From Lama glama (taxonomy: Eukaryota), in assembly GCA_028534125.1 (NCBI GenBank), contig CM052817.1:82090001-82154000 (forward strand): 64,000 nucleotides of DNA, read 5' to 3'. A model generated the notes under the pieces. The model did no database searches, was not told the DNA's origin, and saw only the letters and a program-made list of their open reading frames with translations. This document shows, in pieces, positions 50,326-63,065 of this stretch. The position numbers were made by a program, and so were the translations under genes. Each line of letters starts with the position of its first letter. The stretch's first letter is position 1.

Positions 50326-52404
50326 AATGTTACAGGTTCTTGGCTATTTAAAAAAATAATAATAAAGAGTAAGAGAAATGAGTGTGGCACTGTACCTACT
50401 AGTACATATTTGAAGAAACTGATAAACATTATGAATAAATAAGGATCATAAATCACATTAAAATTCCTAGGATTCCATCGGACTGGGCAAACTGTACCTA
50501 CAAGTGACAAATTAATTATTCACAGTAATATTTCTAAGAGTTAGATGACCTTGCAGATTAAGGCTTGCATGGGGATGGGTAGGGAGATGGGGGAATTGAG
50601 CTGGATCAGCTAACTGAATACATGTGTTACTGAATTAGACTACAGGGAAAGTCCATAAGGGTTTAATAGGAAGATCAATTCACATGCCCACTTCCCATGT
50701 TTGAGGTATCTCACAAAGGAGAATTATAAATCCTCACACTGTTTCCATTTCATTTGTAAAGACTAGTCTGGAAACACCCTATACAGAGAGGTGATTTGGC
50801 CTCAGATATTGGAAGCTGTAAAACTGTTGGGTCTTTTTAAACTAACCAATGAATACCAGGCTCTCGAGAAAGTAGGACTCCATCCGGAAGTTGGGGGCTG
50901 TTTCACACAAACACAAAGGATCACTAAATCTACTCTAAAAATAATCTTAAAAACTAAGTGAATAAATAATTGTTTTAAAACTCAGAGAGGAGGATTCTCT
51001 GAGGAAGTGACATTTTGGATAACACTGGAAATGAGGAGGACTCAGCAACTGAGTAAAGGGTAAGACCACATCTCACCCGTACAAGTAAGAGGTGCGGTTG
51101 CCCCCCAAAGAAAGTTTCTCTTTTAAAGAGGTAAACCCCTGATTGCAAAGACACAAATTATAAATAAGGATCTCTATGAAAACAACCCCTTGTAAAACAT
51201 CTACTTCTTTGGATACTTTCCCTTTGTTGGCAGTCATACAGAACAAATGTTAAAAACTTTTGCCTCTCTCCCCTCTTATACTTATGGAGGAAAGATTCTC
51301 TCTCAGTCCAAGCTGCTTTTGAAGCCACCCTATGAGGCACAGACAGAGGCCCCCATAAAAGTCTCTAGGGAAGGAAAATAATTTTTCCAGATTGGCGGTA
51401 TCTCTGTGTTTGAAGAAAACAATATCAGACGCTAACAAAATTAACTCAGGAGCCCTTCAAGAAACCCAGTTGAAAAAGCCCACTGAACCCATCTACTATT
51501 TGACCCTAGGTCCCTGATTCTCTGATTTATGATTCTAACCAAGGGGTGTCCCAACCATCTCAGTGGAAAATTTGGCCTGAGCATAAAATGCATGCTTTGG
51601 GTTTTTTTTTTTTTTTTTGGTTTTGTTTTTGTTTTAGCCTCCTCTTTATCTATCTCATAACCCCAAGTGATTAAAGTTAAAGACACATCCCTCTTCCTAT
51701 TATATTTTAATAGCATGAAATAGTGAAAATGCATAAGGAAGAGTCTTACAGACCATTAATTTCTGGGCCAGGAAACCCGCATTCAATATTCAAACTTCTA
51801 AGGCCCTGCTCTGAGTAATTAGTAACACCAATCAGTGAAGACAAATCCCCTTGTATTAGTACTTGTATGTGAAATTGTGGACTATAAACAGACAGGATCG
51901 TAAAATTATGTGCCCTAATATTCATTATTCCAGTGGCACCCACCAAAAGAAAACAGAATCCTGAGGAAGGAGAATATAGCAACAGCGTTCAGCAGGTAGC
52001 TAGCAACAGAGTAAGGAGCATCACACAGCACAGCGAAGAGCAGAGCGGAGAATCCCCAGATACACAGGAACAGCTTCTACGTGGATCACTTGAGAAGGAT
52101 TAAAAAAATTTCCTCGGTTACCTGGGGATATATTTCTTTGCTTATTTTACATGTCATTTCCCCCGTTCTCTATCTGAAATACGATTTTCACCAATGCTGA
52201 TAACCTGTTGGGAGCGTGTCCTTAGTCATTTGTCATTATTACAATGTTAGGACTGGAGAAAACAGAACAATTCTTCTTTTCACATAATATATTCAGAATT
52301 GAAGACTATTAGCAAACACAGATTTGCTTGTGTGCTCTGTATGCTTGTATGCTCTGTACATCAAAAGCTTCTTAAAACAATATTATACATTTTATAATTA
52401 TTTT

Positions 52405-54152
52405 GTCAAGATAAAGGATTTGTTTCCCCACTCATTAAATGTGGGCTGGGTTGCTCTCGTTAACTTACTGTGGAAGAAGTTATGGAGTGCTAGTTCCTAG
52501 TCCATGCCTCAAGAAACCTTGCATGCTTCCACTTATCCTTTTTGCATCCCCACCATCATTACAAGGACAGGTCTAGGATCATCTGATTGAGGACAAGAGG
52601 CCCGCAGCCCAGTCTTTCCTGCTGGACCAGCAATAGCCAGCCAAATAAGAGATCTGTAATAGAGATCATCTTAGACTAGTCAGCCTACAAGTTAATTTCA
52701 GACATACTGAACAAGGCCAGGTCAGACCAGCATGACTGCCCAACTAACTCAGACTCAGGAGCAGTAATAAATCCTTGCTGTTTTAAGCAACGGAACTTTG
52801 TGTTTATTTCTTAAACTGTAAGAAGCAATGGATATAGAAGTTGGTACGTAGTAGTGGCTGCTACTGACTTAAAATACGAGACTGGTTGAAGAACAAAGCA
52901 ATAAGCAGATGATGGAAATATAATGAGCAAATATTTTGTAGAGGTTGGAAAATGGTGAGAGATTGCTATTGGAGGCTGGAAAAACAGAGCCTTATGTTAT
53001 AAACTAACAAAACAATTGGCAAGACTATACTGACAGATATTTTCTTACTAAACTGATAGACATTGGCAAAAATGATTTTCAGACAGAATGTTTAAAATGT
53101 CAGTTGGCTTCTTTTAGTGGCATATGATGAGGGAGTACAGAAAAATACGAGTTAGAGCAGCAGTCAGTGAACTTTTTTTGTAAAGGGCCAGGTAGTAACT
53201 TTGTGACTATTCAATCTGTCTCAGTTTTCAACTCTGCTTTTGCAGTGCAGAAACAGTCAGAACCAATATGTAAATGAGTAAGTGTGGCTGGGTTAAAAAA
53301 AAAACCCTGTTAATGGACACTGAAACGCGAATATAACATAATTTACAGGTATCACAAGATGTTACCCTTGTTTTGATTTTTTTAAAACTATAAAAAAGAA
53401 AATTTAACAAATAGTCTTAGGTCACAGCCCACATAAAAATAGGAGGTGGGCTGAATTTGGCCTGCAGCTCTTAGATTGCAAACCTCTGGACTAGAGAAAC
53501 ACCTGATCAGTTTTCAAGAAATATTTAGAGGAATCTAAGAAAAATAAAAGCAAAATTGTTTCTTGAATTCTGTCTTCCCAACTAGTGAGGGTTCCAACAT
53601 AAAACAAGTTTTGAGGACAAGATCAAGTTGAGTGAGTTATTATAAAACCCTTTATTAAGACTTATAACTCAGTGCCCAGGCCTCCCTTTCAGCTAGATAA
53701 AAATGTTTCTAAGAAACTTAAGAGCCTCATCCCATAATCTTCTGACATGGCCAAAACTGCCAGGAGTAAATCTAGAGAGAGATGCACGTCTCTCAAATAA
53801 TTGTGGATTTGGCTATTAGAACGGACTCGAGTCTGATTCAGAGGAAGCTTGCAACGTCTTTGAGCTTTACTTTCAAAAGAACGTCATTCTCTTGAAACTT
53901 GCTCTTGCTAGTGGATGAATAAATCTAAACTAGCAGGAGAGTAAAACAAGGTACCCCTATCAGCATCTAGCAAACTCCTAGAAGCAGAGCTGCCAAGGTC
54001 ACTGCCAGAAAACCACAGATGAGGAAGGAGATGGTCCTGGACTAGAACAGCCACCTTGCTGACCTATAGACTCCTAAGCAGTAATACATCCTTCCTTTCT
54101 AGGCCACTAAAGTGTAGGATGCTTTGTTGTACTGTAATAGGAAGCTGATACA
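52405..54152 (+). mobile_element. Decayed MaLR provirus: MLT1 (H/G-like) 5' LTR (about 52405-52836), internal region, partial 3' LTR (about 54030-54152)
   Basis: LTR hallmarks ttccccactcattaaatgtgggctgg, cctcaagaaaccttgcatgcttccact and aataaatccttgctgttttaagc; the internal region starts gaagttggtac; second LTR end cagtaatacatccttcctttctaggccactaaagtgtaggatgctttgtt..gctgataca. Confidence 0.75.
53158..53488 (+). mobile_element. MER58B-like hAT-Charlie DNA transposon nested in the MaLR internal region
   Basis: cag..aacttttttgtaaagggccaggtagtaa..tgtaaatgagtaagtgtggctg..atggacactgaa..gggctgaatttggcc..tgcaaacctctg; 8-bp flanks agttagag/gactagag. Confidence 0.85.
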
Positions 54153-57100
54153 GAATATTCCATTATTCATTTGTTTATCTTAGCATTTTGGTTGGGGGTC
54201 GGCAGGGCTTAAGTTTAAGAAAGCAAACTATATTGAAATAGTTCTTATGCATAATATATTTAGAATTACAAAATAATAGTGAATGCTAATCAGATTTGTA
54301 TATGCTATGTATAGTAAAAATTAGTTTCTTAAAGTGAAGGAATGGCTTAGTTTTTACTAACTATATGTACCATGTATACTTGGCTGGATGTTTTGAAATA
54401 TAGCATAGTGGAGTGAATAAAATCCATCAGTGAAACTAAATCAAGTGTATAGTGCACAGTCTTCCAGGTCATGAAACCTGCATTTGTATTAAAAAATAAC
54501 CTACATATTGATATTCATTGTTGAGTGATAGATCTTCAAATGCCTTTGAACGTTACTATTTGTTTGCTTTGCTTAATTTTATTTACTTTAACCTTAAAAT
54601 ATAAAGGCAAAAACCCCCAAACAACCCTGCCCTGAAAAAAAAAGCAAGAAAACTACCAAATATAACCATTTTGATGTTTCAGAGTAGGTAGGTCATGCAT
54701 TGAAGGAAAAGTTCTCTCTTTGAGGAGGGTAAACTTAATGCTCAGCCTGCATAGTTCAGCAGCTCTGGAGGGCCATGGCTCACACAGTTTGCACACACTA
54801 TAAATTTTCTAGCTAAAATCTGTGACAAGAAAATCAGGATTGACTCAACAGCAGGTCAACTAAACAATCCCTAATTGAACTTGAGTTCATTTTTAGGCTT
54901 ATTTTCATTGCTGACAGGAGACAAAGAGGGAAGCTTGCTCATAAAATACGCAATGCAAGAATGTCGTCTCTACCTGTGGGTCCTTTAAAATCACCGTCAA
55001 TACCTGAAAAGGGAGTGGACCTTTCTTAGCTATTTGGTTAGCTTGTGGGATTCTGTAAAATTTAAACTGTTTGTCTAAAGTACGTAGCACCAATTAAGAG
55101 GAAAAAGAATTTGTCTTAAATGATCAAACTGGAAAAAATGACTAGAAAACCCCTCTGGTCATTTTTTCCCCCTCTGCTCTCCTAACCTTCATTTATGGGC
55201 CAACTGAGAGATGAAAGAAAGGATGTTAAAGGCCCTGGAGATATTGTAGCTGCATTAGCAAAGTACCAGAACACATGTAAAAAGCTTGTAAAGCATTTGG
55301 CACTACAAATCTGACATATAAACTGTGCTACAATTGTCTTCATTTCCTCTTGTCTCTGACTCATTCTTGCTCTCTCATTCTGATGATAGAAGTGATGACC
55401 TGGAGGAAAATTAGAAAGCATTCTAACATGCAAATTTCCTGCACTCCAAAATAATTGAACTAGGTGACATTTTAAAATGGGAAGAAAAGCTTACTGTACA
55501 GTCACTGGCATTACTGAATGTAATGTTTTATTATGGTTTCTAAGTTACCTCATCTATGATTGTGATCTTACATATTACTAGGTAATCCTTTCTGCAATAT
55601 GGAGAGTAATCTTCAATAAAGATGAAAAGATATTATGTAAAGTCATATTCAATTTTGTAATTTTAAGAAATGTGGAAGAATTGGCTGAAATTACTCAATG
55701 TTAAGGGCTAGTAGAAAATTCATTGCTTGATCCATGCCCCGTGTGAATGGGACTCAAATTGATTACTATTACTGTCAAATATATTCTGGTAAACCCAGTG
55801 TGTATCACCACTAAATAGCTTTATGAAAAAATAAGTTACATGGAATTGTAAGGATAAATTAAAAAGGAAAAGAGAAATTCTAATTGAGTCCAAAACTTCC
55901 TAAGGGTTTACAAATGTAAGAAACTGAGAATAATTAAAAAAAAATTAAGGTATCAATTTTGTTTTTCCAAAATGGAGACATAAGAAGAAATCATATCCAC
56001 AGAGAGCATTAGATCGTGGATGATAAATTCCGTTACACTCAAACATACTCTACAGTTTACTTCCATGCAATGTTACTTATCCAAGTGTTTGAATATCAAT
56101 CAAGTTAATTCTGGGATACTAAGGAGATCAGTTTCTATAAATATATAGATTTTTATTATTATTCAGTTGTGTGTGTGAAAAGTAAGAAATAATCATTCAT
56201 TGGAGACAGTTTTATAACCAGCAGAGAAGTATACTGTAAATAAATTGATTGTCCAATTTAATATATCTTATACATCACAAAATAAACCAAGTTGTATTTT
56301 TCCACAGTTACGCTTGGGAAATTACTTTTTTAGATTCTTACAAATCTCTTAAGTTCCTGAGTGCTTTTGGAATTACTACCATTTAGGGAAGACACTGAAA
56401 TTGAATATTTCAAACAAGTCTTCAAACAGACATTTGCAAAGTCACTACAGGAAAAAGATGGTAGAGCTCACAAATGTAAACGGTGATTTGTGGTCTGAGA
56501 TAAAATTTACAATTGCAACATGCATAGATTTTAAAACTGTGTTTTATATTTCAAAAAGAAGCTCTGGAGACGACAATGGCCTGTGCCAAAACTAGAGGTC
56601 CAAATTTAAATACATTAATTCACACAATGTAAGAATAGGAAAAAATGCCATTTTGTAATTCAGTGCATTATTTTATCCATTTAAAACTTTGCATATTTAA
56701 TACATCTAAAATATTAATTCTTAGCTCTTCTTTTTGAAGAAATGAATAGTAGTTGTAGCTTGACCTTAGAATACATGGTATTGCTAAGATGATTTGGTGA
56801 CTATGGCCAGAATATTATAAAGTAGAATTTAGTGGGAATAAAATGTAGAGAATAGTGTTGAAGTGAAAAATGACTTTGATATTATGGGAAGAGGCAGACA
56901 TTATGGAAAATGCAAACTTTTAGTTAAGAAAAGCGAATTCCAGAAATAAAGATGAGGGAAAGTTGGACTTATTTGAGGCTAGTGTAAAAATGATCTTAGG
57001 GACAAAAGGTTAGCATAACTAATATGAGTCATTGTGATGTTTTTATCACTAAAATAGAATTTAAAGGCTTGGCATTTAGTTTTACATTATCCCCGCAGTA

Positions 57101-59191
57101 AATGTTACTTATAAATTTGGGTCATTATGTTGAAAATCTGGTAAGAGTTATAATCCTCTTCCCTAAAATGTTTACATAAACACATCATTCAGCTAACAAA
57201 TTCTGGAAAGCTATAGGCCTTTCTGCTTTTTGCCTTCAAGTAATTAGCATCCACTAGAGAGCAAGGTGCCTTGTCTCCCAACCAGGCAAATTAGTTCTGT
57301 GTTTTGGCACTGAAAATTGAGAATCATGGAATGTTAGTACAAACTTTTCTAAACAGATAAAAAAAGCCTTTAATTAAACAATTAGTATATATACTAATTC
57401 TATTCCTGATTAGAATTATGGAAAATATAATATTTAAGGTAAATTTAAAAAAAATTAAAAACTGGCATTCAACTTTAAAGTGATGAATTCTCTTTTTTTA
57501 AATAGTTTTTTTTTTTTTACATTAACTTCTGGTGCTCTATCCATTGCTTTTACAATATTACTGTTTTTTTTCTGATGAAACTAAAGACTTGGAAAGCAGG
57601 AACTATGTATTAGTTGCTGTGACTCCAGCAATTAAAGCAACTAAACAAAAGTGTTTAGTGTCTACTTCCCCCAAACACATGGTTGCACACACCTCCTGCA
57701 CCTGCTTCAACTCTGACCTCATCAAGCAAGCTTACTGCCTTGGCTCTCAAAGCCTTCACCCCGCAGGCGCTAAGAGCTAAGTAAGAGCTGTCCCTCTCTA
57801 TACTGCTGCTGGTTTTAGTGGTTCCCGTTAGCTAGTGACAGAAAGATAGCAATATTCATGCTTCTTGGGTCCTCTCAGGAGTGACCTTTCCAGAGTCCAC
57901 CTTATAATCTCCAAGTGCTTTCCAGAGCTTCTCATCAGTGCAGAGCAAGTTAAATCAATACCAAGTGCACAGTCAGCTGTAGTCTTTGCAGCTCCGATAA
58001 CAAAGCTGTTAGAAGAAACAGTCCTGTTATTTTACGTATTATTAAAATATAATTTAAAATCATGTATATAGAAAAAACTCTCTCCAGTAAGAAAACAGTA
58101 ATGTAATCTAAAAAGTCAAAAATGAGAGTATGATAAAGTATGAAAGCTTTTGGAAATATGATTGTGAAGGTGGGCTTATGAAGGGCTATTAAGAATTCTG
58201 AAAGCAAAATGGTAGTGCTGGGTTTGTTTAGTATCTTTATTTTAAATAAATAGAAGAAGAATGTCTGATTATTTATATTTACTTTGTGTATTTGTAAAGT
58301 AACTTTTCAAAAACAATTTAATGACTGGGCCTAATCTTGAGTGGTCAAACTGATGAAAATTAATATGATTCATCTAGGCAGCAACTGGAGAAGAGATTTT
58401 TGACTCTCAAACAGAAAGAAATGGATTCAGTAAAATGTTTGGCACTCCTATGTCAGTACAATTAAAGAGCTTGTCTGAAATAATACACTTGTGGGTATTT
58501 TGTTCAGTGCCCCATTCTCACGTTTTCTCAGTTCCACCCCTTTATCCTACCTCCCTCCCTCTCATCCATCAACCAATATTCCCTGGTAATCTCAGAAACT
58601 TCAGACCCCTCAGACCTACTGCAGCCACCACCGTCACCACCAAACACACATGCACTGAGGGACTTGGCGTTAAGGCCTCATTCTTTCCTCTTATGAAACT
58701 TATCTTTTAAAAAAAATCAGATGACAGAAATTAGCCTAAACTCTTCCCTGAGGAGTTTTTTTTTCCAATTTAATATAGATCAAAGCAACAAGTTTTAAAA
58801 ATTAAACTCTATAATTTTACTGCCCTAAATCCTCTCCCAGTGGACAGGAAAGACATTTGGGAGACAAGAGCATCCTACTACACAGTACTGTGCTGTTTTT
58901 TCTTTTTCTGTTCCCAAGAATGCCCCTAATTCTGGAGTTCAGCTTTTAGAGAATATGTGTTTTATTTGCATCTCATATTGAAAGGGATATTTATGGATGT
59001 AAAACAGCTTAAAGAATTGTAGCTGGTTATAGATTAGAGGAAGAGTGACTATCTCTCTGAATACGATGCAACTTAAACAATATTACACAATATTACATAG
59101 CATTTTAAAAGTCCTCTATATAGGCAAACAACTGATGCCAATTTGGTAGGTTTTGGAATTTTTTTAAATGTTAAGATATCATGAGGCATTT

Positions 59192-59690
59192 NNNNNNNNN
59201 NNNNNNNNNNNNNNNNNNNNNNNNNNNNNNNNNNNNNNNNNNNNNNNNNNNNNNNNNNNNNNNNNNNNNNNNNNNNNNNNNNNNNNNNNNNNNNNNNNNN
59301 NNNNNNNNNNNNNNNNNNNNNNNNNNNNNNNNNNNNNNNNNNNNNNNNNNNNNNNNNNNNNNNNNNNNNNNNNNNNNNNNNNNNNNNNNNNNNNNNNNNN
59401 NNNNNNNNNNNNNNNNNNNNNNNNNNNNNNNNNNNNNNNNNNNNNNNNNNNNNNNNNNNNNNNNNNNNNNNNNNNNNNNNNNNNNNNNNNNNNNNNNNNN
59501 NNNNNNNNNNNNNNNNNNNNNNNNNNNNNNNNNNNNNNNNNNNNNNNNNNNNNNNNNNNNNNNNNNNNNNNNNNNNNNNNNNNNNNNNNNNNNNNNNNNN
59601 NNNNNNNNNNNNNNNNNNNNNNNNNNNNNNNNNNNNNNNNNNNNNNNNNNNNNNNNNNNNNNNNNNNNNNNNNNNNNNNNNNNNNNNNNN
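59192..59690. other. Assembly gap (about 499 N)
   Basis: Run of N. Confidence 1.
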
Positions 59691-61189
59691 NAGGACTTGA
59701 TAAATGGTTTAGTATGAAGGACTGGATAAACCAATTGATGGTTGCTATTTCTCTATTCATGTGGAAGAGGACATTTGTAAAGAGTAAAGAGGGGACAATT
59801 ATGTAAGGAATGTGGTGCTTAGCAAAACCAAAGTAACAGTTTAGTTGGTATCCTCCTTCCTATGTCTCTTGAACTCTGATCTGAGATATTTATTTATATT
59901 AAAAAGTAAATCAGAAAATAGTGAGTATGTTTTTCCTTAGACTTACATGATTCTGCATATTTTTATTTTTAGCTATTTTCTTGCAACATTAATTTCTTAA
60001 GAGTTTAGTCGGCTTGATTTACTTTCAAATGGCTTGTCTTTATTATGAAACCTGAATGGACACTGGGGAAAAAATGGGAGTAACATTCTACTTTTGATTA
60101 AAAAAGAAAACATTGCTTTGTTCTCAGATTGAATTGAGCTTTTCTTCAGAAGGCACAAATCAATTTACAAGGCTGGTTTTAGAGCAATCTGACAGTGTGC
60201 ACACACAGACACACACACTGCACACATCTTTCTCAAATTTAAAATTTTGATGTAATGGCATTTGACCTTGAAGGCTGAATTCAAAGAAATACAGCTCACA
60301 AGAGGAATATAAAATATTCTTATCAATGTATCCATCTTTTTTTTTTTCTCACTCTAGTTGCTTTCATACCATGTATTTTGTTTAATGTAGTGACTGGCCG
60401 AGAACCATAGTGCGTTTTTCTAAAGATAGACCTAGTGACATACAAACACACCGGCACAGCATATGCTAGCTCAGACATAATAGAAGTGTACAGCCAGCAA
60501 CCTCTGCTTCAAAACATAAAAATAGTTTATTTCTCCATATTCTTTCACATGGACGAAATACTTTTCATCTGTCATGGCCGAAAAAGAGAATGTGAACTCG
60601 TCCTCAGGTCTGGAATGCATGAAGTCATCTCACCTGATGGTCAAATTTAAATCACAATATTTAATTTACAATATTACAATTCAGCGAAAGTCATAAGCTT
60701 TGCCAAGACTTTTCATTGCCTTTTCTCTGGGAATGAGCAGCAGAAAATACATTCTTGATACATGGATGAGAAAATAAATCTTTAAAATAATTTAACCAGA
60801 ATAAACCAAGTAATAAAATGAATTTCCAGATCTCAAAATGACATTATCCTCCAGAAATATGTGCTGAATTCCTATTAGTTTAATCCTCTGGGTGGCTTCT
60901 CAGAGTGATAGAGACTGATAATCGCCATTTATGACATGTGATGTGGGAACCAGTTCAAAATACTTGCATCACCTCTACATCTACAGTGACCTTGTGTGAA
61001 CAACTTCAAATTTAAATACTTCATGTTCACTTCCAATATGAAGCTCTGATTTTTAAATATTTAAGACTTTAATAAGTAGGCCATATTTAATAAGTCCATT
61101 TAAGCCATACATTTTTAGACTATCTTGATGTCTGATGTAATAGTTAACATACATTTCTGAGTGAATTAATTCACCCTAAGACTAAGAAG

Positions 61190-61238
61190 TCACCATCACC
61201 ATCACCATCACCATCATCATCATTGTCATCGTCATTGT
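61190..61238. repeat. (CACCAT)n/(CAT)n simple repeat
   Basis: Seen directly. Confidence 0.9.
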
Positions 61239-61590
61239 CACAGTTCTGGGGTGAAGATGTTGGCAGGGCCACGTTCCTTCTAAAGGGAAGAATTCTTCCT
61301 TGCCTTTTCCTAATTTCTGGTTAGCAATCCTTGGCATTTCTTGGCTTCTGGCAACATAACTCCAGTCTCTGCCTCTGTCATCACCTGGCCTTGTTCCCTA
61401 TGTCTTTCTGTATCTCCAAATGTCTCTCTCCTTATAAGGACACCAGAACTGGGTTTAGGGCTCACTCTAATCCAGTCTGACCTCATCTTAACTTACGTCT
61501 GCAAAGACCCTATTTCCAAATACAATCACATCCACTGGGGAGTAGGATTCCAATGTATCTTCTGGGGGACACAATTCAACTCACAACTGC
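61238..61590 (-). mobile_element. MaLR MLT1B/C-like LTR
   Basis: cacagttctgg..agatgttggcagggccac..gcaatccttggcatttcttggctt..cttataaggacaccag..gacctcatcttaact..tctgcaaagaccctatttccaaata..ggggacacaattcaac. Confidence 0.9.
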
Positions 61591-61604
61591 TATAGTCATA
61601 ATCA

Positions 61605-61830
61605 CAATTATCAACTACATTCTTACACTGCTTCCTACATGCCAGGGACTATTCTAGGCACTTGATGTATATTTGATCTTTAATCATCATGATGATTCTG
61701 TGATGTAGGTACTATGTTTGCTGTCAAGTAACAGAATAGGAAAGTGAGGCAGAGAGAGATTATATAAATTTCAAGGCCTCTAATCCAGGATTCAAAATTC
61801 TAACTGAAGAGTTGCTGCTTTTAACCACTG
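61605..61830 (-). mobile_element. MIR SINE
   Basis: cttcctacatgccagggactattctaggcact..tttaatcatcat..tgtgatgtaggtactat..ggaaagtgaggcagagagagatta..gcttttaaccact. Confidence 0.8.
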
Positions 61831-61999
61831 CAGTGTGTACCTTCTCAGGTAGGATGTGACTCATTCAAGTGAGCACATGCATTTTGAGTACCTCTTTTGT
61901 AATAGAACCTGTGCTTAATGCTAGAGGGATGTTGATAAAAATCTGAGACTTCAAGTAGGTACATATATGTTTATTTTAATATGAGCTTAGGGAGATGGA

Positions 62000-62155
62000 T
62001 TGGATCTGGAGTCAGATTATTTATTCCTTTTGTATGACCTCAGGCAAATTATTTAACCTTACTTTGCCTCAGATTTGTGAAGTGCTGAAGATTAAACAAG
62101 TTAATTATGTATAAATTGCTTAGAACAGTACCTGACATATACACTATTATTATGC
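62000..62155 (+). mobile_element. MIR SINE
   Basis: tctggagtcaga..tgtatgacctcaggcaaattatttaacct..tgcctcag..gaagattaaa..gcttagaacagtacctgacata. Confidence 0.8.
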
Positions 62156-62339
62156 TATTAATTTTTACTGCTACCATTACTAGTGACATAAGTTCTGAAG
62201 TATCTTTTCACATAGGTGAGTTATTTTAGGAGGCAGTAAGTGTATAAATAAAAACAAATAGTATTTTAATACATATTTTACTTTTTCTACATGGCTTAAT
62301 AGGAGTTGCTGGTTTGCTTCGAAATCACTTTAGGCACCT

Positions 62340-62610
62340 AGACTTAGAAGGACATTCTTCCCTCCCCTGCTGTCTGTTGCAGGTTCTCCTACTCCGAAGC
62401 TAGGGCAGGGGAAACCGGAAGGTCAGGTACGTGTGCACTGATTAATGAGTGACTACAGGTTAGTGCTGTGACTGTCATCATTGCCACTCTCCTGAGGTCC
62501 CCCCACTAGGCGTAGGAAGTGACAAAGCTGCAGCCACCCTTGGCTGAGTGTAAACACAAGTTTGTAAACTGTAAGTGTGAGTTTGCTTGTTAAATGACTC
62601 ATCCAAATGA
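62340..62610. promoter_or_regulatory. Candidate enhancer with clustered ETS, FOX and AP-1 motifs
   Basis: ACCGGAAG 62414-62421, AGGAAGTG 62514-62521, TGTAAACA 62549-62556, TGTAAAC 62563-62569, TGACTCA 62595-62601 in GC-elevated unique DNA. Confidence 0.35.
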
Positions 62611-62979
62611 GAGAAAACAGTTGCATCAAGTTCTACACTTACCAGATTTCCAGAGTTTCAGATACTTAATTGATTACACTTATGTATCAGAGTATGCCAT
62701 GGGCTCTCCTCGTACCCTGAGTTTTTTGCTCTTTACTCAAGCAAACATATTCCAGATATCTGTATTTGAAATTAATAAGCAATCATTGAATTTCATCTAG
62801 AATTATTTTTTCTGACATCTCACTTGCTTTCTTTGGTACAAAAATAAACAAACAGCTGGTATCTACGATGTTTTGTATTTCAAAAAAAAAACGAATTGTT
62901 TGCTCTCAAAATTAATAGAGTGATGACTTTCAGCTAGCAAAGTGGAAAACCTGGAAATAAGATGGATTTGGGGACTTAA

Positions 62980-63065
62980 AGTTCAGTTTGATTAAAGAAA
63001 CCTTATTCGGCATCTCCTGTGTGCCTGGTACACTGCTATCTAAATGATTACAAAGATGAATGGTT
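62980..63065 (-). mobile_element. LINE-2 3' tail fragment
   Basis: ttattcggcatctcctgtgtgcctggtacactgcta..gattacaaagatgaat. Confidence 0.5.

Noticed and set aside
59168..59806. Four long ORFs of 178-212 aa
   Set aside because: Artefacts of translating through the N gap.
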